Shown here piece after piece: positions 47,958 through 61,999 of a stretch of 64,000 nt of DNA. The DNA is taken from positions 62,001-126,000 of the forward strand of contig MU054117.1 of NCBI GenBank assembly GCA_013239625.1. The letters are read 5' to 3'. Origin of the DNA: Lama guanicoe (taxonomy: Eukaryota). The translations under genes were made by a program, and so were the position numbers. How positions within the stretch are numbered: the first letter of the stretch is position 1; each line of letters opens with the position of its first letter. The notes under the pieces were generated by a model. It was not told the DNA's origin, did no database searches, and saw nothing but the letters and a program-made list of their open reading frames with translations.

Positions 47958-50900
47958 AGAGGCTATCAAATGTAATATTCTTGCAAGAGTGAGAAACGTG
48001 GCTGGTTTATTTATATCCCATGACATTGGGCGTGACGTTTTAATAATGATTATGCTCTGGATTTACTTTGTGCTTTTTCTTTGAAGAAGTGAAAGCTTTT
48101 TCATCGCCTGCTGTCTCATTAATTCTTACTTGTTTCTGAGGTCATCAAAATTTAGTATAGTATGTTCTCACTTTATAAGTGAAGAAATGGAGGTGACATG
48201 ACTTGTTCTAAGTTGCAAGTGATTTGGTGCCTGAGCTGGACTTCAACTGAGTTTTCCTTCTTACGGGATTTCGCTGATACTTTTGTAGAGAAAAACCCTC
48301 TTTTTTTGGAATGTGAAGGACTGAAAGATACCAGACATTGTGGTTCTTAGATTACTAGACAGTGAAGAATATTTAACATTTATTGAGTGCTTCTGTGTGG
48401 GAGACTGTGCCAAGTGTGTCATGTACATCACCTTGTTTATTCCTGACAGTGTGCAAGGTAGGACTTACTATTTCCTGGTTTTACTGATGATGGGCTGGGG
48501 TTTTGTGAGACTCAGGTGAACGGAATGACAGAAAGCAGGGCTGGCACTCAGACCTGGGCTGACTCTGAGGTGTGTTCCTTCCCTGCGTGCTTTATGGAGC
48601 CTGGGGAGCAGATGTCAGAGTCCCTGACACCTGCTGCTGCTGCTGCTTCCCTGAGTCTGATGGGCTCTGGTTGAATGACGGCTTTATTTTTCTTGGAAGT
48701 AGAAAAGACTCCGGACTTTTCCTGTGCCAGAAGCATTCCTTCAGCCAGGTGGAGAGTCATTGCTTTAGAAAAAATAGAGCTGAAAAAAAAAATCTATGTT
48801 TGTAGAGTGTGAAGTATTTAATGAGACCAGATGGGAAGAATGGACAGAGAATTGAAATGGTTTGTGGATAGGAAATTTGTAGTATTCTAACCCAGGGGAC
48901 ACATTGAGTACCCAGGCTTTATAACTTAAGCTGTGGGTTGAAATTGTAAACCTGGAGGCATGGCACTTGGGCTAAAATCTGTGCAGTAAATAAGGCTCTC
49001 AGTTTCTGTTTTAGATGGCAGGGTTAAAAATCTGATTCCTTTTTGGTCTTTAGCTTTCACAAATAATGTGATACATTGTGGAATGGTGGGGATATTGTTT
49101 GGAAATTTACCTAAAGTCTTTGTGGACTTCCCCCTTCCTTCCAGCCACTCCTCTGTCATCTTTGGTTCCCTTTTTCAGAATTCAGCTCTGATCCTATGGA
49201 GTGGGGTGGAGTGGTGGAGCACGTGGGCTCTGAGGTGCTTGGGATGCACCAGTGGACGGGGCAACGTCCTGGCCCCGTGGGGCTCAGCTGCACGTGACTT
49301 GCCATTTTCTTGGTGTTGGCTTTGGCCGTCTTTAGGTATAAAGAATTACATTCATCGTTATCAAGAAACTAAGGAGGGAGAACTGGGAAACTATCCCAGT
49401 AAACCCTGCAATTCATTGACTTTTTTGTCAGTGGCAAGTTTCACAGAGGAGAGAAAAATGGCCACAACTTCAAAAAAAAATAAGTGGTGACAATCAGATT
49501 AAAGAAGGGAGACATAGGATTGTTGGTCTGTACCTTGGTGAAAGGTGGAAGAGGAAGGGCAGGAGCTTCTGCTAAGTAGCCAGTTCCTTAGTAGGAACAG
49601 CTGTGTCGCCCTGTGTCCCTCTGCAGTGCTTCCTCAGCAGAGGAAGGAGCAGGTTGTGGGGGTGTGTGATTGAAAGCCTGAAGATGAGTCTTTCTGCATC
49701 ATATAGGTCTACAGAGGGCCAGGGAAGGATCCTGTCTAACTAACTCTGGAAGGAGAGGAGCAGCGCTCGGTCAAGTGGTTAACTAGTAGCTTTTATTGAT
49801 TTTTCCGTACCATGTTAACATCAATAACTATGAAAAAGGCAAAGTGAAGCTTTGGTTGGTCCCAGCTTTGTCCTGTCACCTGCCCTGCTTCTTTTCTGTT
49901 GCTGATTTAAACAAAGTATGGAGAGGGCTTGAGTCCGGGGAGGCCTTCCCGATGTCAGTTTGGAGCTGGGAAGAGAGGAGGGGCAGGGCAGTCCAGAGGA
50001 TAGATCGTTATCTGTCGCCCCTGTCGCTCCCCTCCCTGGGTAATGACAACAGGCCTTCAGTGCAGACTGTCCCTGGCCTACAACTTATAGAGGTCCCAGC
50101 TACACTCAGCTGCACTCCTCCTGACTTCCTCTCACTTTGCCCACCTGCACCATCAAGCTGCCCTTGCAACTGAGACTTGTTGGGTTTGTGAGTAGAAAAG
50201 GAGAGTCATACCACGGTGATGACATCAGCAGTAATGCAGGCCCTGTTCTGGGTGTTTGCACGAGTGAGCCGCCCAGTCCTCACAACAGCCTGAGGGGGTG
50301 GGCACCGTAATGGTCCCTGTTTCCCACACGAGAGGGCTGAGGTGTGGAGATCTCAGTGATCGCTCCTTTGTAAACAGTGGAGTCTGGCTTCAGACTTGGG
50401 CATTTGGTTTTGGAGAGATGCATTTAGGTTAACTGGCATAGTCCTTTAACGCCAGGGCAGAGTCAGAGGAGTTAACTCTGAGGCATTTAGAGGAGAACAC
50501 AGGTGGACTTCCCAGGAGGGACACCTGGAACAGTGTAAGGGTCCTCAGGGACCTAGGGGCTGGTGCGCTGGGGTCTGGAAAGAGCGTGGATTATAGCTCT
50601 GCTTCCTGAAAAGGTGAGGAAACCCTTGCTCTTCCCTCCTCTACCTTTTTGCCTGGCTCAGGTTTCTAATTCCCAAACCTAGAACTCATGCAAGCCTGTC
50701 ATTGCCTTAGCTCATCTACTTTTGGATGATTTTTATTTTGTCCATTTTGCTTTTTTAAACAAGCTAGTGTGGGATCCTAATTACTGTTTGGAACAGAACC
50801 TTTTACCCAGTTTGGTCATGACTGGTCAGCCATTTGTTTCCCTGTGAAAAAGGAAAGGGAAGTATTTTAACTAGTGACATGGGCATATTTCAGTTTGTTT

Positions 50901-51566
50901 CCAGAACAGAGAGGCTTTTTTCAAAATTAGACTTCTATAGGTAGGGAGAAAAAAAAATCAACATTTGGCATTTCAAGCGCCGTAGGCAAATGGGTACTGT
51001 GGACAGTTATGTGGGAAGAGCTGTCCCTTACCCAGTGTTCCGTGGGCCAGATACTGTGCCAGGCGTCTGTGCACACTCCATTCTAGTCTCCAAGTGGGGC
51101 TGTCACTCCTGTTTTACACTCAGGAAACTGTTCCAGAGGTTAAGGTCCATAACCTGAAATAAGTTGCAGAGGCTGGATGACTCCAAATTCTGTGTGTTTA
51201 ATCATCTCGCTATGAGGTGTTGTGTTGAGGGAGCAAAAAGAAGAGGCAGCGAGGAAGAAAAAGACAGTCTGGGGCTGGGGAGAGAAACTTGTGAGATGGC
51301 AACATGACTAGGCCCCTAGGACTTACTGGATACCACGTGCCTAGTCTGGGGCCCGAGCAGGGCCCAGAGATGCCACAGGTGTCAGCCACCCTCAGGAAGC
51401 TGGGGAATGGAGGGCCGGAACCTGAGAGCTTGGCTTCACACTGGGGCTTTCTCTCAGCACTTCTCCACACCTGGGTTTCAAGGGTCCCCTGAATAATCTT
51501 ACCTGAGGAAAGTCCAGAGTAAGAGGAAAGAAAGAAGGAATGGCACTTTCCCAGATTCCATCTCAC

Positions 51567-51985
51567 TGTAAAGAAAAAACGTTGCCTGCTATTCCAGTCC
51601 TACAAGGGTCAGGCCATCAGCCATGGCAGCTGCCTACCGACAGTGCACCTGGAGAGGAATTCAGGATGGAGAGAGCAAGAAGTGGGTAGTCTGGCCCTGG
51701 GTAGTACTGATGTGTCTCTCAGGAAGAATTTCAGCGACCCCAGGTTCTGGCATCTTCCCATAAATAGAAAAGCCCGAAAATCTTTAACTTGAGATGTTTG
51801 TTCTTTGTGATTAGCAGTAATCTTTTTGTGCTTGACTGCATGTTTTTACCAACAAAAAAATTTGTGTGTATCCTGGCTCCTCCTTTTCCTCTTTGGAGCA
51901 GCTCCTCAGAGCCACCTGAAAGGCTGTCTCCCTGGCTGTGGTCTTCAGTAAGGTCCCCGAGTGAAACTTAACACTCCCCCTGCCA
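51567..51985 (+). mobile_element. ERV1-class LTR, related to the LTR at 6791-7260 (3' end approximate)
   Basis: Starts TGTAAAGAAAAA. Shares 'gtgcacc', 'ctggccct', 'cccata', 'tatcct.gctcctcc..cctctttggagc' and 'ctcagagcca.ctga' blocks with the reverse complement of the 6.8-kb LTR. Confidence 0.75.
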
Positions 51986-53393
51986 CACACACCCCTAAAA
52001 TGTGTGGTGGTTAGGAGCATGAACTCTGGAACTAGACTTCTGCACCATTTGCTTGAGTGTGTTCTTTAACCTCCCAGGTTCTCAGTTTCCTCATCTGGGC
52101 GCTGACACCCTGTTTACTTTGTGTGGTTGTGAGCACCGAGGGTTCTGCCAGGCACCTGATAAGCAGCAAGTGTTAGCTAGTACTTCTCTGAAGCTTGTGG
52201 AACTCAGAGTGGGACACTGGAACTCTGGGTTTCCTCTCCTCCAGGACCAGTCTCCGGCGATGCTCACCAGTATGGAAGCATCCTCAAATGCACCCTCTAC
52301 TCCTGCTTACTCTTCAATTACTTTCTGCCTCATCCCTGCCTCTGCATTGTTTTTCTTATTAGCAACTCTTTAGACTTCCTGGAATAATTTGTTCATTAAT
52401 TTATCATCTGTTGGGCCCCTTTTCCTCATGTACTGGGTATCAGGGCAGGGCACGAGTTCCTGCAAGGATATGACCTGTCCCTGCTTCAGAACATACAATA
52501 TGAATGCACAAAATGGTCAGGTAAACAAGAAGAAAAGCAATGAAGTACCAAGTGGCACAGCCAGGTAACTCGAGTGTTTGGCGAGAACAAGGACAGTAAC
52601 TTAGCTCTTGAGGATTTCTTTAAATATGCCCAGCACAGGCCTAGATGCTTCACATGCACTGTCAGCTCTGCAGTCTTTCTATACTTCTGGGATGTATCTT
52701 TACAGCTGAGGACCAGGGAGCCAAGTGTCGTGTCCAAAGACACATGAGTGGGGGGAGCCTGGGTTTGAACCCTAGTCTGCTGACTCTCGTGGGCTTGTGT
52801 AGACCGTGTCCCTGGTCATGGTTGGGGTTGTCTTGGTGAGGTGAAGGGCTGCTGGTGCGAGAGCGTGTTGGTCGTTGGGGCTCGTGAGTGAGGAGGCTGG
52901 CCTGGCTGGGTGGATGCCTGAGCCACTTTCTGTCTGGGTGCTGGGAGATGAGTAAGACGGGTTCCTTGCCCTCTGGGATTTTACTGTAGCCGGGGAGACA
53001 GACACACAAATAGATGATTTCAGTGTGGTGTGGTAGGAGCTGTGATGAGGGTAAGCGAAGGGTGCTGTGGAAGCAGGGGAGAGGGAAACAGGAATTGTTC
53101 CCAGAGTCTTGAAAGGTCATTAAGTGGTGAGCTTAGCAGTCGAGGGCAAGAAGAAAGAATTTTCTGAAAGGCAGAGGATAGCGTGAACAAAGTCACGGCC
53201 TTGTGGGCTTTTCTTCCTAAAAGCAAGTTTGTGCACCTAATCTGGTGGATGCCAGGACACAGTGCGATGTTTATAAGCAACAGGGAGTTCACCAGAGGTT
53301 TCTGAACACAGAGCAGCAGCGTGGGAGTGGTATTCTACCTCGGCGAATCTGTTGGTGGTGGGAGAGATGAGAGTCCTGCAAGACCGGCCCTGG

Positions 53394-53701
53394 GAGGAGT
53401 TGGCAAACTTTCCTCTGTAAAGGCCAGAAGGTAAATAGTTTAGGTTTCAGGGGGCCATATGGTCTCTGATGCAACTGCTAGACTGCTATTGTGGTAGGGA
53501 AGCAGATCATCGGTGAATGAGTGACTGTGCCAGCCAAGCTTCTATTTATCCCCCCACCCCAATTTGAATTTCACCTGATTCTTACGTGTCATGAAATAGT
53601 CTTCTTTTGATTTCTTTCCTCCCAATAATTAAAAAATGTAAAAACCCTTTTTCACTTGCAGGTTGGATCTGGCCCATAGGTCACGGTTATTAGCACTTCT
53701 G
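53394..53701 (+). mobile_element. MER58B-like hAT-Charlie element
   Basis: 'gttggcaaactttcctctgtaaaggccaga..gtaaatagtttaggttt..gggccatatggtctctg...tttgaatttcac...ggatctggccca'. Confidence 0.85.
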
Positions 53702-54121
53702 TTCAGGTGTGACATACCAGGAGACTAGAACAGGGTGTTGGCGATGGAGAAAGAGAGGAGGGACTGGATGCCAGAGATATTTTGGAAAGAAGACACTGAT
53801 TAGATAGAGGAGATAAGGAGAGAGGAGAGACCCAGATAACACCCAGGTTTCAAGTTTGGTGCATTTCCAGCCCCCGTTTGGTAAAACTGGCCTTATTTTC
53901 CATGTGCCAAGCCTCTGACTTGTTTCTAGAGAAAACCCCAGGGAACATGACTTGACTCTAGGGAAAAACCTGGAGATAGCCGATGCCTTAGGTGCTCCCA
54001 GACTTCTATAACACTGTTAATTGTACGTTTGTCTCCCGATGCGGGTCACTGTTGCAGACACCTTTGCTGCCTTGGCCTCCAGGTACTGTAGCTGTGCCCA
54101 CTTGTTTGTCGGGGTGGGAGA

Positions 54122-54860
54122 GCTTATTTTTGGATAATTATTTAGATGTAATTTCATATTTACAGAGAAGTGTAAGAGCAGTACTGGGAGCTTCCTTGTA
54201 CCTGTTACCAAAATTTGTTAACTAGACTTTAATCATTATTTACATTTTTCCCCATTTGCTTTATCATTCTCCCCCCACCACCCTGGGTTCCCATTCTAGC
54301 TCTGCCATTAGTGGCTGTGGAGTCCTGGACTAGCGTCTTAATCTCTTCAGGTCTCGGGTTGTCACCTCCCTCGTAGAGTTCTTAGCAGAATTTGATGAAA
54401 TAATATACAATAAGTGCCAAGGTGATATTGGCCTGGCTGGTGCAGACAGTCAGTAGATGTTAGTTCTTTTCCTTCCTCAGCACCCCTGGAAGAAGTGAGT
54501 CAGTGAAGGAAGCGGGTGGCAGGGAGGAGCAGGGGAAATCCTGAGTCTAGGTGTAGAGAGAGGGACAAAAACAGGACGTCCGATGGCGATGTGACTGTAA
54601 GAAGGAGCTGTTTATTATCAAACGTTAACGCTAAGATGAGGGCTTTAGGGTTTTGTTTTTTCTTTTTTGTAGATTTATTCTGATACAATTTCAGAACAGA
54701 ACAGGCAAGATTAGTACAAGGAGCTGTTGTTTCAGAATCACCCGTTGTTTTCATTTTGCCCCATTTGCTTTTTTCATATTTTTTTCCCTTTTCTCTATGA
54801 ATTAAGAGACGTTGACCCCTGAATACTTCAGTGTTTATTTGCTAGGAGCAGGAATATTCT
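54122..54860 (-). mobile_element. Two antisense L1MC-type 3' ends (54122-54270 and 54670-54860) separated by a MIR
   Basis: Both contain 'ataatt/caatttca.a..tacaga.aag..gcaaga..agtac..ggagct' and 'ccccatttgcttt'. MIR-like sequence lies at ~54285-54465. Confidence 0.6.
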
Positions 54861-55987
54861 CTCAGACTCTGCTAGGGAGCCTTAAGTTCTTAAATCGGAA
54901 AATGATGTGGTATGAAAGTACTTGGGGAGGTGGGCTGAAGGCCAGGGGTCCTGGGGGCGGGCAATTGGGAATAATTTCCATTGGATGGTGATGATGGCAA
55001 ACTGTGACCAGAAATGGGAGGGGCGCAGGCTCAGGAGACGTCTAGTGAGTCTTGGGACCAGGTGAAGATGAGGGAGAGGGAGCAGCCTCCCTAAAATGTC
55101 ACCGAGCTGCTTTCTGGGGAGGAAAGCAGCATGTGTAACTGAAAAAGCAAATTCAGCTTTATTTTGTACTTGGGAAAATGAAACATCACTCCCCCTTTTA
55201 TTCATGTTACAGTCACTGGAAGATAAAGGTCCACCAACTCCTGGCTGATGCAGATAGAGCCCATCTTATGCACTCCTAGAGGAGCAGCCCTGACGGGCTC
55301 GTGTTGTCAACGGCATAGAGCTGCATGTGTGACCTGAGGACGCTGCAGTTTCTGATACGGGGGAAGTAATGCAGGCTTGTCATGAAGATAGTCAGTGAGA
55401 TGAGCATCCAGGTCCTTCCATGTCGATCTAGGAGTTGTTAGTGACAAAGACAGGTGGTACCTGGGAAGGGGGCTGGGCTGGATCCCCAGGTCACCAAGGA
55501 GAGGTGTGCAGACCAGAGACGGAATTGAGAGGGAGCATGCAAACTGAGCTCCCAGTCGTCCTCAGTACCAGCCTGGTGCCCTCTGGGGCCTGGAGGTGCC
55601 TGTTGGGCTCTTGTTTTTTTCCAGTGTGAGAGCCAGAACTTTAAGAGAGCGGTAAGGACTGCCCTGTGAATAATGCTACACAGAGTGCTAAACAGATCGG
55701 ACTCTTAAGGGATTTAAAATTAACTTCCCAGTGTCTAAGTGTTTGTGGAAGAAATACCTAAGGGAGAATATATCAAAGATGGTGTCTTACTTTTGAGCTT
55801 ATTAAAAGACCAGCCCCGCCTTTTGTGCAGGCAGTGTGTTTCTGTGCTAGTCTCTCTAGCTTTCAAAATGCCAGCTCTAGGGAAATCTTGTAGGAAGGTC
55901 TTGATTCTCTCTGGAGTCTGAGGGGTGAAGTAGATACAGGATCATGCTGTCTCCTTTTGTGTACTAAACACTGGTAGTGTGGGAGTG

Positions 55988-56884
55988 ACGTGGCCTGCCA
56001 GAGCCTGCTCATACCTTGTGGTTAAATTTTCAGGAGTTTTGCAAGTTGGTTGTTAAATACAACCAGTATTAAATATTCATTCTATAAACTTAAAATTAAA
56101 TAGATTGTGTTGAAAATAAGAGTAATAAATACTCAAAATTCATTACTTCCTCTTTATTTTAGCATTAGCTGTGCTCCTGGGTCTCTTGCCCCTAAGGTGG
56201 GAGTGCTGTGTAATGGTGAACTGTGGTGCGTCCCCCTCCCAGCTCTGTCTGTGCTCAGAGATACCAAGTCTGTAGAGTGAACTTGGCCACAGTGGAAGTA
56301 TTTACACCACGGAAACCAACAAACACTACACAACAGGCTTGATTTATTGTTTTGTTCATTGTCTAAGAAAGTGATGGAGAAAATGTTAACATTTGCAGTT
56401 TAAACTTAAAGTGTTTTGTATCCTTATCCATTACATGGTGAATAGCACAAAAGTTTGAGGAAATATTCTTTTAGTATTTAAAAACTCTTAATTCAGCAAA
56501 GAAATGGCTTATGTCATGTTTAATATACATCTTTTTTGTCTAGTTTTGTTTTATTCCTTAAGGTAAATGAAAATATCAACCAGCATTCACTCATTAGTCG
56601 GTTGAATCCATGCGTTGGCCATGGATGAGTTAGACCAAAAAATCTATAACAACTTTTTGTGAGAATCAATTGGCTACATGGAATTTAATGTGAAGAGCAT
56701 TGTTTCATATGTTATTATTTTTTACTACATACTTATTACTCTATATGTTTATTACTATTGCATATTTATTGGTATTACAGGCTATGCATCTTTCCTATCA
56801 ATAAAATTTATAATAAATGTATGTGCATGTAAATACACAAGGGTGTTTCAGAGAATAGGTTAAGCATTTACCAGCACACCGCCA
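55988..56884 (+). mobile_element. MER63-like hAT-Blackjack DNA transposon (~900 bp)
   Basis: 'gttaaattttcagga.ttttgcaag..ggttgttaaa', 'gtatttacaccacggaaa', 'aagaaagtgatggagaaaatgttaa' and terminal 'catttaccagcacacc' match the recalled MER63 consensus. Confidence 0.85.
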
Positions 56885-57744
56885 CAGTCAGTTAAATAAG
56901 CGGCTTCACAGAGTTCGCAGCTAGTGGTAGGCAGACACAATCACGGACATACCTAAGTGTGTGGAGCGCCTGGAGGAAGGCCCAGTTCAGGGTCTGGTGA
57001 AGGTGGGCGGGGGTGGTGTTCATCTGGCCTGCGGGAGGACAGGGAGTAGAGGAGCCGGGCAGATGGAGCAGGTTCTGGGGGAGTCAGGGAGGAGGTGTGC
57101 AGGCTTGAGGAGCAAACCAGTGGTTCCTGCGACTGAAGTCTAAAGGTGAGGAAGCAGGTGGGGGTTTTGGAAAGAGCAGTGGGGGTGCACCAGGTTGGCG
57201 GGTGCTTGGTGTAGGTCACGCGAAGGTTGTATTAACAGTCTGGGATTCTGCTTTTAAGCAGCTTGGCCATGCAGTTGCCATTGGCATGTAAAGGTGGTTC
57301 CTCATTTGGCCAACTAGATGTGGTTTTAGAAAAGAGGTGTTAATGATGTTTTTTTGTGAAGTGAATACTTAAATTTGACAAATCTGAATTATCCACTTCC
57401 TGTGTGCAGGACTCTGTGCTGATGGTTTTCAAGGAGACATGAATTGTTAACATTGCCCTTTTCTACTAAGAGTGTATGGTGTGGTAGGAGGGCCAGACCT
57501 ATGTGCAGGGAACTGCAATCCAAGGTGGCTGTGAACACAACGCTGTGGAGAAAGGAGTTCATTCTGATTGTGGGGTGGGGAAGGCTTATAGATAAGGCAG
57601 AACAGTAGTTTGCTATAGTTTCCTTGGAGGCCCCAGAACAGTATCTTTTTGACCAAAAGCCCTTTCTGTTTTTATTTCCTGATTTATCCCCATGATCTGG
57701 GGGAATAAATGCCCTGAAGTCTCTGATTATTTCATGATTATTTC

Positions 57745-58606
57745 TGTATCCACAGCAGTAACTCTGCACTTCCCCCAGGCCCCATCCTCACAGCCACAGG
57801 CAGCCACCAGCCTACTTTCTGTGTCTGTAGATTTGTTATTCTGGACTTTTCATATAAATGAAACCATACAATCTGTGATTAGATTTTTTTTTTACTCAGC
57901 ATAATGTTTCGGAATGCATCCATGTCGTAGCATGTATCACAACTGCATTCCTTTTTAACGGCTAAATAATATTCCATTTTATGGATAAGCTGCGTTTTCT
58001 TTATCCATTCAATGGTTGATAGACATTCCTCTTTTGGCTGTTTTGAATAATGTTGCTGTGAACATTCATATACAAGCTTCTGTGTGGACATGTTTTCATT
58101 TCTCTCATATGTATACATACATAGGAGTGGAATTGCTGGGTCATATGAAAACTGTTAAACGTTTCGAGGAACTGCAAAACTTTCAAAGTGGCCACACTAT
58201 TTTACATTCCCACCAGCACGGTGTGGGGTTCCGGCTTCTCCACATTTTACCAGTCCTGGTTATCGTTTGTCTTTCTGATTCTAGCCATCCTGGTGGGTGT
58301 GAAGTGGTGTCTCATTGTGATTTTGATTAGCATTTCCATGATTAATGATATTGAGCATCTTTTTTGTGTGCTTACTGACCATTTGTATATCTTCTTTGGA
58401 GAAATATCTATTAAAATCCTTTGCCCACTTAAAAATTTGGTTTACTTTTTTATTATCAAGTTGTAGGAGTTCTTTATATATCTGGTTATGAGTTCTTCTC
58501 AGATGTATGATTTGCAAATATTTTATCCCACTCTGTGGGTTGTCCTTTCACTTTCTTGACAGTGTCCTTTAAGCTTTGAAGTATAGAAGTTTTTAATTTT
58601 GATAAG
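57745..58606 (-). mobile_element. L1MB-like 3' portion, antisense
   Basis: ORFs 57879-58517 on the minus strand resemble the L1 ORF2 C-terminus ([26 protein letters not shown]). Confidence 0.9.
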
Positions 58607-60536
58607 TGAGGTTTGCCCTCAGTTCTTGAATAAACCCAGATTTACACAATGAATTTTTATGCTTTCAGGTGTTTCCAATATATTTAACAAGTCTCTAGAG
58701 TTGAATAGTCTATAACTAGTCTCTTAACCTTTAATACTCAGACCTTCTTATGTTAGTGTCTTTGTTTTAGCTTTTAGAAACTTAAAATCCTGTGAAAGCA
58801 GAGACTAAGGCATATGGGCTCTTTATAGCGTTTTACTCACCCTGTTGCTGGTAAAAACAACCATAATCTAATGACTGTTAAACACATTGATTAGGGGTCA
58901 GGCGTCTGGGAACAGCTGGAAGTTGGACACAAGTATGTTGAAGTTGTATTCAAGCACAACCCAGGAGAATGAAGCAGTGTCATTTCCTGTTGTAATCTTA
59001 ACTCTCTTGTGTTATCTAATGAGATTTTCAGCTCTATTTACTCTAGTGTATGGCATGGAATTTAGTAACGAGAAGTGTATCTGGGTTATGTAGATAAGTT
59101 ACCACGATGAAAAACATGAACTCTCTCCCTGATGCCTACAAAAATTTTTAGCGATCTACTTCTCCCTGTATTGTTGAGACAAGACTAAAAAGAAGTAAGA
59201 CACTTCACTTACATAGTAGTGTTCTGTTGGCAGTCTTACCTGCTACCCTCTTTGAGCCGCCTGCCGCCTCTGTAACAGTAAGTAGTATGTCCCGTGGACG
59301 AGGGAGCAGCCTCCGGAGATGGGCTGTTTCTTGTCCAAGATTTCATTCCTACTAGTAGGTGGGACATACTTGGGATCACTTGTAAACGCTATATTTCAGG
59401 GCCTCATTTGCTCTGTATCCCTTTTAGCTCTACCAGGTATTTCCATTTCTAAGTTGGGGTAAATGAATGTGTTGAATTTTTGTTTTTCTTTGCATGTAAT
59501 CCGAGCAAGTGGATATAAACCAGATAGCCAGGGGCTGGGAGTCTCCGGAGCACAGGAACAAATGAGAGAGGAGCCCTGGGCGAGGACAGCGGAGAAGATA
59601 AGAAGTCCTGCCTGCCCAAATGCTGGATGGTGTGGGTTTATGAAGCAGCGTGGGAGTCAAGTAGGTGTGAGTTATGACAGGGTTATTGTGAGGATTAAAT
59701 GGGATCTGTGTGGAGTTCAGAGGACTAGTGTTCATCGCACAGTGAGCGGGTATTAAATGCTAGCTATGATTATTGCTGCTCCTGTTACTGCTGTGAAGAA
59801 ACCAGAACATTCACTTGGGCCCAACTCTTGTAAATGAAGTAGTGGGTCATCAGGTTGGGTAGCAAAATTTTTGGTCAAATGTCAAGTATGAAAAGAAGTA
59901 ACAATCTTGTGACTCCCAGTTACTGAGCACCTCCTGTGTGTAAGGCCCCGTGGTGTAGCTCTTACGTGTGTCGGTCCATTTACATCTCATGACGTCACGC
60001 AGTGGTATCATGACCTGGAGGGCTGTGCTCAGGTCAGACAGCTGCTCTGTGTGGAGCAGGCCCTTCTATTCTCTTGACCACTCGCTTTCCTTGTCGGTGG
60101 TCACCTTGGCAGCCAAAGTAACAGGAAAGTCATCTTTTGCCCAGAACCTGTAATTTCAGCTTCTCACATAAGCCATGGCCTGGAGGAGGGTAAGATTTCC
60201 AGGACCTAAACCTTTTTTTTGGGTGAGTCTTTTGTGTTGTGACGATTGAACAGTAAAGAGGAGGATCTCGGGGGCCTTGTCTTTTAAGGTCCATGATCAC
60301 CAGGTGCATGTTGGTCTTCCTTCCACCCACAGGCAGATACCTGCAGCCTTAACTGTGACTCCAGGCTGGGGGATGAGGGTCAAGTGAGGCTTGTATCCCA
60401 TCCTCCACTGTCATAATACAGGCAGCCTCAGGATGTGTGTCCTGGTCTCTTGGAAGAAGCATATGCTCAGTTACATGTTCTCTAGAAACAAGTCCCTTAT
60501 ACTAAATACCCTCTTCTGTGGGTTATCTTTTCTCTC

Positions 60537-60537
<1 letters not shown>

Positions 60538-60572
<35 letters not shown>

Positions 60573-60693
60573 TGAGGAGGTAATTAGGTTTATTTAATTT
60601 TTAATTTATTTCTTAAAGGAGGGACTGGGGACTGAACCCAGGACCTGCGCATACTAAGTACTCGTGCGAGCCCTGAGCTATACCCTGCCCCCC
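60538..60693 (-). mobile_element. tRNA-Ala-derived SINE (Vic-1 type) with a (CA)n tail
   Basis: Reverse complement reads GGGGGCAGGGTATAGCTCAGGG..CTTAGTATGCGCAGGTCCTGGGTTCAGTCCCCAGTCCCTCC plus tail, followed by about 17 CA units (60538-60571). Confidence 0.9.
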
Positions 60694-61999
60694 TTTTCAC
60701 TTTTTGGAAGGTGTCCTTTGATGCCCAACATTCCTTTCCCACCCCTGCCCTGCCCTGTTTCCCATATGGTGAGGCTTTGCAAGTGTGGGATGCCACAGAT
60801 GTAAGAGAAGAGGGTGGTGGCACCCCCCACCACCCCTCCCCATGCACATCCTCCCTTCTCCCTCTTAAGATGACTCAACTCGCAGAGGAGTTAAGATTAA
60901 AGACCTGTACTTAAGTAGACATGGCGTCAGGGTGGAGCTCTGCCTAAAAGAATTGGGGGCTGTAGAGAATGGCCAAGGGCCCAGTGCAGCCTGATGCGGG
61001 CAGCCCAGCTGAGCTCAGAGCAGCACAGGCGCAGGCACTTCAGGGGTGGGACCTGGGGCAGCTGAGCAGCAGGTACGTGCTGGCGGCGTGTGGTCTGTGA
61101 GCACCCAGCAGGGTAGGTTGCTTTGGGTCTGGCAGCACCAAAAACTACGTACCGTGGTTCAGGTTACAGTTGCTGTGGGAACTGTGACCTTTGAATTTCC
61201 TGGCGTATGCATGGAATTTCAGTTGCATAATTCTACAACAACTTGGATTTTTTTCCTCTTCTCACTCTCCTTTTTGGCATTTAATTTTTTATTCCAGTGA
61301 ATGAGATCCATAGCTCTCTGCTCTCTGTCTCCTCCTGGGGCAGGCAGTCTCACTCACGTTGCTTTTCCAGGCTGCTCGCCCAGAGTGTGCCAGACAGGAG
61401 ACCTTCCCTGGCCTTGGCCTGTGGGAATCTTTTGCTTGTCTCCAGCAAGGCCCTGAGGTCGGGCGAGCCACCTGGAGAAGCCTCTGGGATGGACTGCTGT
61501 ACGTTTTAGGGTGTGCCCAGGTGTCCCCGTGTGTTTATTTCTTTCATTTGGGCCTTGCTTGTTTGTACTTGTGCACTTGTGTTTACCTGTTGTGTGCCTG
61601 GAGCATCCTTCCCAGGGGCTTAGCTAAATTGTCCTCAGATTGAAGTTTCCACTTGGAGTTCTGCCCTCTCTGGGAAACCTGTTGTCACTGTTGAGGCCTA
61701 AAATTACCACCCCTACCCCTCCAGTGAAGGATATATGACCTGAACATTTCATTTGGCATTTAATCAGATATTATCTCAGGATATTTTTGTGGTTGTCTCA
61801 GGAACATGTGTCATTTGGGGTGGAGGAGTGGTCTGTTTTTTTTCCCCCCTACAGCATTCTTGAAGGCCAAGATTTTAAGTCATTGCTTTGCTTGTTAAAT
61901 GGTCACTGGTTTATGTATGAATTTGTCTGCATGAGGAAGGCACTGGGCTGAGAGCTATGAAGGACATAGTAAGAAACAAGGTCCTTAAATCCATATTCC

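Noticed and set aside
61250..61460. Strong + strand acceptor (...ttttattccag|TGAATGA) as candidate exon 2
   Set aside because: Joined to exon 1 it gives only MRRSE-stop, and the downstream donor is weak. Unsupported without transcript data.
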